Assembly: GCA_016867585.1 (NCBI GenBank)
Contig: VGJF01000002.1
Span: 1 to 46,516 of the forward strand
Length of the DNA stretch: 46,516 nt
Origin: Candidatus Aminicenantes bacterium
GTDB taxonomy: Bacteria; Acidobacteriota; Aminicenantia; Aminicenantales; UBA4085
Direction of reading: 5' to 3'
A program made the translations under genes and the position numbers. Positions 39,688 through 46,516 of the stretch are shown here, piece by piece. Each line of letters opens with the position of its first letter. Position 1 is the stretch's first letter. The notes under the pieces are model-generated. The model saw only the letters and a program-made list of their open reading frames with translations. It did not search any database and was not told the origin of the DNA.

Positions 39688-40416
39688 TTATTTCATCAGG
39701 CCGAGGACATAAAGGACGCCCAGGATGAGCGGCTGATGGACGATGTAGATCAGGAGGGAATGGCGGCCGGCGGCGTTGACGAACGTCTGCGGCGGGCGCC
39801 GCGGCAGGAGGCTCCTCTTGGGCGCATAGACCGATTTGCCCAGCGCGGCCCCGAGGAGGAAGATCCCTAGCCACGGGATGAGCGGGAAATAGTCGAACGA
39901 TGCGAAGCCGGGACCGTGGATGCCGAGCGGCAGAAGCCAGTCGAAGCGGACGGCCAGGCCCTTCTTTAGAGCCGGGATGGCCGCGCCGAAGGTGAGGACG
40001 ACGGCGCCCCAGGCCGCGCACGCGGCCGGGCCGGCTTTCTCGAAGGATGCCTTGTAGATCAGGATCGAGACCGCCAGCAGATGGAGGATGCCGAACCAGA
40101 CGGCCGAAGAAGGATCGAACGCATAGGTCACGGCCGTGACCAGGAACGCAACGGCCAGGAGCCTCACGCCCCGGCGGACATTGCCGCGGGAAAGAGTCGA
40201 GCTCGTTCCCGACAGGACGACGAACAGCCCGGCGAAGAAATTTTGGGCCGCCCGCCAGGCGCTGCTGGACAGGTCGGTCGAAAATCCCAGGAACTTTTCG
40301 ACGCCGACGAACGCCCCGAGATCGTAGAGCAGGTGATAGCCGACGACCAGTAGGATGGACAGCCCCCGCAGGAAATCGATCTCCCAGACGCGCTGGGAAA
40401 GGTCCTTCTTGGCCAT
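39688..40416 (-). CDS. DUF1624/heparan-alpha-glucosaminide N-acetyltransferase-like membrane acyltransferase
   Basis: 242 aa from the ATG at 40416 (internal to track ORF 39688..40578). RVWEIDFLRGLSILLVVGYH N-terminal signature. Multi-TM. Confidence 0.75.
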   Translation of the reverse strand: MAKKDLSQRVWEIDFLRGLSILLVVGYHLLYDLGAFVGVEKFLGFSTDLSSSAWRAAQNFFAGLFVVLSGTSSTLSRGNVRRGVRLLAVAFLVTAVTYAFDPSSAVWFGILHLLAVSILIYKASFEKAGPAACAAWGAVVLTFGAAIPALKKGLAVRFDWLLPLGIHGPGFASFDYFPLIPWLGIFLLGAALGKSVYAPKRSLLPRRPPQTFVNAAGRHSLLIYIVHQPLILGVLYVLGLMK

Positions 40417-40422
40417 GGGGCG

Positions 40423-40451
40423 AGAATAGTCCGGAAGGGGAGCCGTGTCAA
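40423..40451 (-). promoter_or_regulatory. Sigma70-type promoter (TTGACA-17-TATTCT, minus strand) ending 6 nt before the ATG at 40416
   Basis: Minus strand: TTGACA (40451-40446), 17-nt spacer, TATTCT (40428-40423), 6 nt, ATG. No Shine-Dalgarno. Confidence 0.4.
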
Positions 40452-40479
40452 CCGGCCGGCTCTGAGAACAGACAGGCCG

Positions 40480-40509
40480 TTGACCGGCGCCCGGGCCCCG
40501 TGTTATTTT
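40480..40509 (+). promoter_or_regulatory. Candidate promoter for addA (TTGACC-18-TATTTT)
   Basis: TTGACC at 40480-40485, 18-nt spacer, TATTTT at 40504-40509. GGGGGA Shine-Dalgarno before the GTG at 40529. The -35 box is the mirror arm of an inverted repeat shared with the divergent promoter. Confidence 0.35.
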
Positions 40510-40528
40510 TGGCCGCCGGGGGACAACC

Positions 40529-43500
40529 GTGGCGGAATTCATCCTCCTCAAGGCGTCGGCCGGGTCGGGCAAGACCACCCGGCTGGCCGAACGCTATTTG
40601 TCTTTTCTCCTGAACCCGCCTTCCGATCCGGGCGTTCGCCGGGACCTGGCCAATATCCTGGCCATCACCTTCACCAACAACGCCGCCCGGGAGATGAAGG
40701 ACCGGATCCTGACGTGGCTGAAGGAATGCGCCCTGGGGGACGAGCCGCGAGTCCGGCACCTCTCCGAGAAACTGAAAGTCCCGGCGGAAAGCCTCCCCGG
40801 CCTGGCCGCGACGGCCGTGGAGCGCATCCTCTCGGGCTTCACCGAGTTCCAGGTCACGACGATCGACAGCTTCGTCGCCTCCGTCTTCAGGGCCTCGGCC
40901 GTCGAGATGGGGACTTCTCCCGATTTCGAAATCGTCCTCGACCACGCCGAGCTCGTCGATTACGCCTTCTCCAAGCTCCTCCGGACGGTTCAACCCGGCG
41001 GTCCCTTGGTCCGGGTCTTCCAGCGCATCCTCGAGGACCTCAATCGCTATCGGACGGCGAAGTCCGGTTTCCTTTGGGACCCGGCCCCGGCCGTCAGGGA
41101 AAAACTCAACGACTTCTACGGCCGGTTCACGGCCCGAACGGGGGGGGTCGTCAAGGAGCGGCTCGACAAGGAGCGAGCCCGGCGGCATAGAAGTCTCCTG
41201 GCGGAGGTTGAGGCCCTAGAGGCCGCCGTCGAGGCTTCCGGCCTTCCCCGCAACGAGAGGAGTCCGTTTTGGTCGTGGCACGCGGCCGCGGCCGTCAGGG
41301 AGGGAAGGCCGAGCGACCTCATCGGGATGTCCCTCAAGACGCTTCCGGTCAAGAAGTCCGAGTCCAAGAAGGATCCGGCGGCCCTCGACGCGGTCGTCGC
41401 CGCGATGAAAAAACTCGAGAAGGGGATGGCCCGCTACGGCGCGCTCTACGCCCGGGATTTTTTCACTCCCTACCTCGAGGCCTATTTCGGCTTTCTGGAA
41501 GCCCTGGCCGCCGCCCAGCGCCGGCAGGGCGTCGCCTTCCTTTCCGACCTCACCCGCCGCCTGGCCGACTACCTGAGGGAGGGCGTCGTCCCCGATATCT
41601 ATCTCCGCCTCGGCGACCGGATCTTCCACTTCCTCATCGACGAGTTCCAGGACACCTCGCCGGTCCAGTGGGCCGACCTCCGGCCGCTCGTCGAGGAATC
41701 CCTGAGCCGGGGGGGGAGCCTCTTCTGCGTCGGCGACACGAAGCAGGCCATTTACGGCTTCCGGAACGCCGATTATGAAATCATGCGGAGGCTCGAGCGA
41801 GGCGAAGAGCGATTCGGCCCGGCCGAGGTCGACGTCCGGGAACTGCCGATGAATTGGCGATCTCGGAGGGCGATCGTCGATTTCGCCAAGCGGATTTTCC
41901 TCCAGCTCGGGGCCGGGATGCCGGAGGATGGAATTCCCCCCGCCCCCGAGGACATCCGGGCGAAGTACGGCCTTTACGCCTCCCTCAGCGGCCTCACCGA
42001 GTTCGACCAGGAGGTCAATCCCGTCTACGCCGAGCCCGGTTATGTCGCGTACACGGTCTTCGAGAAGAAAAAAGAGAAAGGGGACGCGGAAAAAGAGCTC
42101 GGAGAGGAGGACGCCGGCGAGGATGTTCCTCTCGACGGGGACAAGCCGGAAAAAGCCGCCGTCCAAGATCTTGTCCGCGGCCTTGTCGAGCGGGGGTACT
42201 CCTTCGAAGATATCGCCGTCCTGACCTACAAGAACGAGACCGTGGTCGAGGTCGCCTCCTGGCTCAACGAGATCGAAATCCCCTTCGTCCCCTTCAGCAG
42301 CCTCGACATCCGCCTTCGTCCGGTCGTCCGCGAAATCCTGGCCCTCCTCAGGTTTCTCGATTCGCCGCCCGACGACCTGTCCTTCGCGACTTTCCTTCTC
42401 GGCGAGGTCTTCCAGGCCCGGCTCGCCCGGGACAGAGCCTCTTTCCCCGCCGGCGCCGCGGCCGCCGGGACGGAGGAGTTCGGAAATTTTCTTTTTGAAT
42501 GCCGCCAGGGCAAGATTTCCCCTCTCTACCCCGCTTTCCGGGAGCACTATCCGGACCTTTGGGACCGCTATTTTGAGCCGGCCTTCAAATCGGTCGGCTA
42601 TTTCCCCCTCTATGACCTCGTGACCTTGATCTATCGCCTCTTCGGCGTCCACGAACTCTTCCCGTCCGAAGAAGCGGCTTTGGTCAAGCTCCTCGAAGCC
42701 GTCAAGGATTTCGAGGGCCGGGGCCGGAACGACATCCTCGAATTCCTGGCCCTCTCCGCCGCCGAGGGCGAGAGCACGGACTGGACGATCGACGTCCCGC
42801 GCGAAATCCCGGCCGTCCGGGTCATGAGCATCCACAAGGCCAAGGGCCTGGGTTTTCCGGTCGTCATCCTCCTCCTCTACGGCCAGGATTGGCAGGCGCC
42901 GGACTTCTATCTCCACGACACGGACGAAGGCCTTCGCGTCTACAAAATCACGAAAACGCTGGCCGGGTGCGACCCGGAATTGGAGAGTATCTACGAGGCC
43001 CGGAAAGCGAAGGAGTGGGTCGGGCTGCTCAATACGCTCTACGTCGGGTGCACCCGGGCCCGGTCGGAGCTCTATGTCGTCGGCGTGAAAGGCCGCAAGC
43101 CCTATCCCTTCGACCTCATCGAAGCCGCCGTTCCCCCCGGATTCAGGTCCGACCCGCTCGGCCCGGGACCGGCCGTCAGGGAAAAAAAAGGCGCCGTCCC
43201 GCTCAAGGCCGCCCTGGCCCGCCGGAGCGGGAAATTTCCGCCGCCGAGCACCCGGGAATCGCTGAATTTCGACCGGGTCAGGCGGGGGGAAATCGCCCAT
43301 CGGATTCTCTCCCGGATGGAGACCGCGGGAGGAGAAAACCTCGAGGCGGCCGTCTCCCGGGCCATTTCCAACCTCGCTCCCGCCGAGCCCGAGATGGGGC
43401 TTTTCAAGGATATCGGCCGGATGATCGTCGCCGCCTTCGCCGAGCCCGGCTCGCCCCTCTCCGCGCTTTTCGCCGTCCGCCCCGGCCACCGCGTCTTTCG

Positions 43501-43753
43501 CGAAGCCGAATTCTGCGACGCCGAGGGTCGCGTCTTCCGGATGGACCGGGTCGTCGTCGACCCCGAGGCCGTGACCGTCGTCGACTTCAAGACGGGAGGC
43601 GGGCCGATCTCCGGTCGGGGGAGCGAGGCTGCGGCTGAGGACAGGGAACAAATCCGCGACTACGCCGCGATCCTTCGGGACATCTATCCGAACCGTCCCG
43701 TCCGGGCCGGGCTCTTTCATCTCGACCTGAGGATCTGGGAGGAGGTCGAGTGA
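40529..43753 (+). CDS. addA: AddA/RecB-like UvrD-family helicase with a C-terminal PD-(D/E)XK nuclease
   Basis: 1074 aa, GTG start. Walker A ASAGSGKTT. Helicase motifs FLIDEFQDTSPVQW, CVGDTKQAIYGFRNA, MSIHKAKGLGFPVV, LYVGCTRARSELYV. Nuclease: RMDRVVV...VVDFKTG. Confidence 0.85.
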   Translation: MAEFILLKASAGSGKTTRLAERYLSFLLNPPSDPGVRRDLANILAITFTNNAAREMKDRILTWLKECALGDEPRVRHLSEKLKVPAESLPGLAATAVERILSGFTEFQVTTIDSFVASVFRASAVEMGTSPDFEIVLDHAELVDYAFSKLLRTVQPGGPLVRVFQRILEDLNRYRTAKSGFLWDPAPAVREKLNDFYGRFTARTGGVVKERLDKERARRHRSLLAEVEALEAAVEASGLPRNERSPFWSWHAAAAVREGRPSDLIGMSLKTLPVKKSESKKDPAALDAVVAAMKKLEKGMARYGALYARDFFTPYLEAYFGFLEALAAAQRRQGVAFLSDLTRRLADYLREGVVPDIYLRLGDRIFHFLIDEFQDTSPVQWADLRPLVEESLSRGGSLFCVGDTKQAIYGFRNADYEIMRRLERGEERFGPAEVDVRELPMNWRSRRAIVDFAKRIFLQLGAGMPEDGIPPAPEDIRAKYGLYASLSGLTEFDQEVNPVYAEPGYVAYTVFEKKKEKGDAEKELGEEDAGEDVPLDGDKPEKAAVQDLVRGLVERGYSFEDIAVLTYKNETVVEVASWLNEIEIPFVPFSSLDIRLRPVVREILALLRFLDSPPDDLSFATFLLGEVFQARLARDRASFPAGAAAAGTEEFGNFLFECRQGKISPLYPAFREHYPDLWDRYFEPAFKSVGYFPLYDLVTLIYRLFGVHELFPSEEAALVKLLEAVKDFEGRGRNDILEFLALSAAEGESTDWTIDVPREIPAVRVMSIHKAKGLGFPVVILLLYGQDWQAPDFYLHDTDEGLRVYKITKTLAGCDPELESIYEARKAKEWVGLLNTLYVGCTRARSELYVVGVKGRKPYPFDLIEAAVPPGFRSDPLGPGPAVREKKGAVPLKAALARRSGKFPPPSTRESLNFDRVRRGEIAHRILSRMETAGGENLEAAVSRAISNLAPAEPEMGLFKDIGRMIVAAFAEPGSPLSALFAVRPGHRVFREAEFCDAEGRVFRMDRVVVDPEAVTVVDFKTGGGPISGRGSEAAAEDREQIRDYAAILRDIYPNRPVRAGLFHLDLRIWEEVE
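40533..40587 (+). repeat. Direct repeat copy B: the functional 5' end of addA including Walker A
   Basis: See copy A; 1688-nt offset between the two copies. Confidence 0.8.
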
Positions 43754-46516
43754 ATCCCCTCCGGGTCGAGCTCGTTTCACCGCGCCAAGGCCTCATCGCC
43801 GCCGTCGCTTCGCGCCTCGAGGCCGTCGGGGGGGATTATTCCAGGGCCTGGGTCGTTTTTCCCGAAAAACGCCCTGGCACCTATCTCCGCAAGGCTTTGG
43901 CGGAGAGAGAGGGCCGCGGATTTATCCCCCCGCGCCTCGACTCGCTCGAAACCCTCGTCGACCGGATTTACGCCGAACGGCTCGGCCTCGGCGGCCGGCC
44001 GGCCGACGTCATGGATGCCGTGGCCGTTCTCTTCGAGCTCCACCGGGCGGCCACGGGCCCGCTCGGCGGCGGGGCTTTCCTCGAAGCCGACCGCTTCTTC
44101 CCCCTGGGCGTCAAGCTCTTCCGCGACCTCGAGGAGCTCGCCGCCGCGGGCGTGTCGAAGGAGGATCTCGCCCGCCTTGACGTCCTCGCCGAGGAGGCCG
44201 TTCCCGCCGAGACCCGGGAAAGGCTCCAGCGGCTGTCGTTCTTCTCCGAGGCCTTTTATGAGCGGCTGCCCTCCCTCGGCCTGACGACGCCCGCCTCGCG
44301 CCTCCGGGCCGTGGTCGAGCGCCTCGACCCGGCCCTTTTCCCCGACGTCGGAGCTTTTTTCTTCGCCGGCTTCTTCTCCCTGGCCAAGCTCGAAGCGGCC
44401 GTCATCCGGACCCTCCTCGACCGCGAAGGCTCCCGCCTCTTTCTCCTCAAAGGGCGGGGGATCGAGGAGGCCTTGGGCCTTTTCGGCGTCTTCGACGCCG
44501 ACCTCCGGGCCGCCGCTTCGGCTCCCGACCCCGGCCCTCCGCCCGAGGTCGTCCTGACGAGGAGCTCCGACACCCACGGCCAGATCTCCGCCCTGAATGC
44601 CGCCCTGGCCGACGGCCTCGCCGATCCGGCCCGCCTTCACGAGCGCCAGGTCATCGTCCTTCCGGCCGCCGAGACGCTCTTCCCGCTCTATCAGCAGACG
44701 CTGACGACGATCGATGAAGAGCGATTCAACATCTCCCTCGGCTACCCTCTTTCCCGGACGCCCGTGGCCAGCTTCTTCGAGAGACTTCTCGAAGTCATCC
44801 CATCCATGGACGGGCAAGGGAGGGTCTATGCCCCTCACTATCTCCGCTTCATTCTCCACCCCTATGCGAAGAACATCTATTTCCCGGGGCCCGGCCGCCG
44901 GGCCGACCTGACCCGCATCCTCGTCCACGCCGTCGAAGAGGCCCTCATCGAGGGCCGAATGAAGGCCTTCTGGAGCCTCGAGGAGATCGAGACCGACCGC
45001 GGCATCCGGGAGACGGTCCAGGCCCGGACGGCCGGCGTCGAGAACGCGCCGGCTCCGGCGGCCTTGATGGACCACCTCGCGGCCATCCACGCGGCGACGA
45101 TCGGCCCTTTCCTCGAAGTCCGCGACGTCGGCGATTTCGCGGACAAGATGGCCCGGGTCCTCGATTTCATCTCCGAGCGAAGCACGGCCAGGCTTCATCG
45201 CTTCTTCCACCCTTACGCCGAGGCGTTCATGGACCGGCTCAAGAGCCTGGCCCGCTCCCTTCTCCGGGACATCGTTTTCTCCGATCCGGCAAGCTACGCC
45301 CAGCTTTTCCGGAAGATCGCGGCCGCCGGGAGCGTGCCCTTCTACGGCACACCCCTCAAGGGCCTCCAGGTCCTCGGGTTTTGGGAGACGCGGGGAATCC
45401 CCTTCGAGGAAGTCCATCTCCTCGATGCGAACGAGGGCGTCCTCCCCGCCGCTTCCCGGTCGGATTCGCTCCTCCCCTTGGCCGCCCGCCTCGCCGTCGG
45501 CCTTCCGACCTACCGGGAGGAAGAGCGGCGGATGGAATACCACCTCGACGTCCTCGTCCGCGGGGCGAAATCCGCCCATCTCTATTTCGTCGAGAACAAC
45601 GACCGCGAGCGGAGCCGGTTCGTGGAGAAGAAGCTCTGGGAGATGCAGCGCCGCGACGGGGAGAAAGGCGGGGACCGCTATCTGAGGACGGTCGAATACC
45701 GGGTCGATCTCGCCGAGAGGGGGGCGCGGGAGGTCGATAAGACCCCGGCCGTCGTCGAGTTTCTGAAAGAATTTCGGTATTCCGCCACGGCCCTGGACGC
45801 TTACCTGAAATGCCCCCTCGGGTTTTACTTCAAATATGTCCTCGGCTTGAAAGAGAAGGAGGAGGCCGGCGAGGGGGTGGAGAAAAGGGACGTCGGGGTT
45901 CTTGTCCACGCGATCCTGGAAGATTTCTTCCGTCCCCATCTCGGCCGGCCGCTCGCCGTTTCGGACTTGAGCGAAGCCGCCCTCGAGAAGGTCGTGGACC
46001 GCCATTTCGCCCGCCTTTTCGGCCCGGACGCCGGAAATCCCTACTTGATAAAGCTCCAGACGAAAAGCCGTCTTCTCGATTTTCTGCGGTCCTACCAGAA
46101 GCCGGTCATCGAAAGGCTGACGTGCAAAACCCTGACCATTCGCTCGCTGGAGGAAACCGTCCTAGGCGAGCGGGCCGACTTCAAGCTCCAGGCCCGCTTC
46201 GACCGGACCGAATATCGGGGAGATGACCTTTTCGTCCTCGACTTCAAGACTTCCCACAACACCCGATACCTGGGCATCGATTTCAAGCGCCTCGACCTCG
46301 AAGACCGGAAGGGCTGGAGCCGGACGATCGGGAGCCTTCAGCTTCCGCTCTATACCATGCTCGTGGCCCAAAAGGAGGGCCGGGCGACGTCCGAGGTCCA
46401 TGGCCGGTTCGTCATGCTGGGAAAAAGCCGCCTCGGCCCGGAGATCGAATTCTCTCCCTACGACGTCGGAAAGAAAGGGGAGCCGGAGGATCCGTCGGCC
46501 CGCCGGGAGAAAATCG
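43750..46516 (+). CDS. AddB-like subunit (inactivated helicase scaffold + RecB-type nuclease); 3' end cut by the window edge
   Basis: Own translation from the GTG at 43750, which overlaps the addA stop. VNPLRVELVSPRQG... Nuclease region SATALDAYLKCPLGFYFKYVLGL, GVLVHAILEDFF, ARFDRTEY...FVLDFKTS. Not in the track because there is no stop in the window. Confidence 0.75.
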   Translation, partial: MNPLRVELVSPRQGLIAAVASRLEAVGGDYSRAWVVFPEKRPGTYLRKALAEREGRGFIPPRLDSLETLVDRIYAERLGLGGRPADVMDAVAVLFELHRAATGPLGGGAFLEADRFFPLGVKLFRDLEELAAAGVSKEDLARLDVLAEEAVPAETRERLQRLSFFSEAFYERLPSLGLTTPASRLRAVVERLDPALFPDVGAFFFAGFFSLAKLEAAVIRTLLDREGSRLFLLKGRGIEEALGLFGVFDADLRAAASAPDPGPPPEVVLTRSSDTHGQISALNAALADGLADPARLHERQVIVLPAAETLFPLYQQTLTTIDEERFNISLGYPLSRTPVASFFERLLEVIPSMDGQGRVYAPHYLRFILHPYAKNIYFPGPGRRADLTRILVHAVEEALIEGRMKAFWSLEEIETDRGIRETVQARTAGVENAPAPAALMDHLAAIHAATIGPFLEVRDVGDFADKMARVLDFISERSTARLHRFFHPYAEAFMDRLKSLARSLLRDIVFSDPASYAQLFRKIAAAGSVPFYGTPLKGLQVLGFWETRGIPFEEVHLLDANEGVLPAASRSDSLLPLAARLAVGLPTYREEERRMEYHLDVLVRGAKSAHLYFVENNDRERSRFVEKKLWEMQRRDGEKGGDRYLRTVEYRVDLAERGAREVDKTPAVVEFLKEFRYSATALDAYLKCPLGFYFKYVLGLKEKEEAGEGVEKRDVGVLVHAILEDFFRPHLGRPLAVSDLSEAALEKVVDRHFARLFGPDAGNPYLIKLQTKSRLLDFLRSYQKPVIERLTCKTLTIRSLEETVLGERADFKLQARFDRTEYRGDDLFVLDFKTSHNTRYLGIDFKRLDLEDRKGWSRTIGSLQLPLYTMLVAQKEGRATSEVHGRFVMLGKSRLGPEIEFSPYDVGKKGEPEDPSARREKI

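Noticed and set aside
41216-46005. 854-aa and 742-aa minus-strand ORFs opposite addA and the AddB-like gene
   Set aside because: Antisense shadows. The plus-strand frames carry helicase and RecB-nuclease motifs. The real AddB-like ORF is missing from the track only because it has a GTG start and no stop inside the window.
1-46516. CRISPR arrays, tRNA/rRNA genes, intact IS elements, integrases, toxin-antitoxin pairs or recognisable defence genes
   Set aside because: I read all intergenic regions of 60 nt or more (1353-1442, 7357-7625, 9851-10106, 10551-10654, 11099-11241, 18153-18210, 18460-18593, 26879-26998, 30172-30279, 31162-31270, 38593-38941, 39459-39687, 40417-40528). None has regularly spaced repeats, a cloverleaf-like structure or IS ends.

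Overview
High-GC bacterial chromosomal window. It is gene-dense, with about 40 credible protein genes and no rRNA, tRNA or CRISPR array. Most of the very long ORFs in the six-frame track are off-frame or antisense shadows of real genes, with R/G/P/D/E-rich low-complexity translations (120..3959+, 3965..6955+, 11488..13680-, 15288..18167+, 23949..26135-, 41216..43780-, 43777..46005-). Two real genes run off the window edges and are absent from the track: complement 1..1352, and 43750..46516 with a GTG start.

Content from left to right:
(1) A TPR membrane protein.
(2) A minus-strand redox operon: NuoE-like, a NuoF-GltD fusion, a 2Fe-2S/4Fe-4S protein and a stand-alone glutamate-synthase FMN domain.
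(3) A degenerate IS481-like transposase ORF, type I-alpha glutamine synthetase, a divergent Lrp/AsnC regulator and AdoMet decarboxylase.
(4) A secreted M1-like metallopeptidase, convergent with an NtrC-type regulator and a PDZ/multi-TM/GAF/PAS histidine kinase.
(5) A translationally coupled GspF-GspE-PilM-PilN-PilO-PilP-secretin operon with no pilin, no prepilin peptidase and no PilT. Its secretin ends in a cohesin-like module.
(6) A P-loop NTPase, a MoaD-like protein, tungsten-type aldehyde:ferredoxin oxidoreductase and a tandem class II aldolase.
(7) An MBL hydrolase.
(8) A minus-strand operon: small basic ORF, ABC-2 exporter, beta-propeller/phosphoesterase, and an MA-peptidase/TM/FHA protein.
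(9) A 1.6-kb segment bracketed by a 55-bp direct repeat of the 5' end of addA.
(10) An AddA/AddB-type helicase-nuclease pair.

Several promoters of the form TTGACA-17-TAnnnT are readable, and three of them sit 6-7 nt from an ATG, which suggests leaderless mRNAs. All functional calls come from motif recognition by eye. No database search was run.
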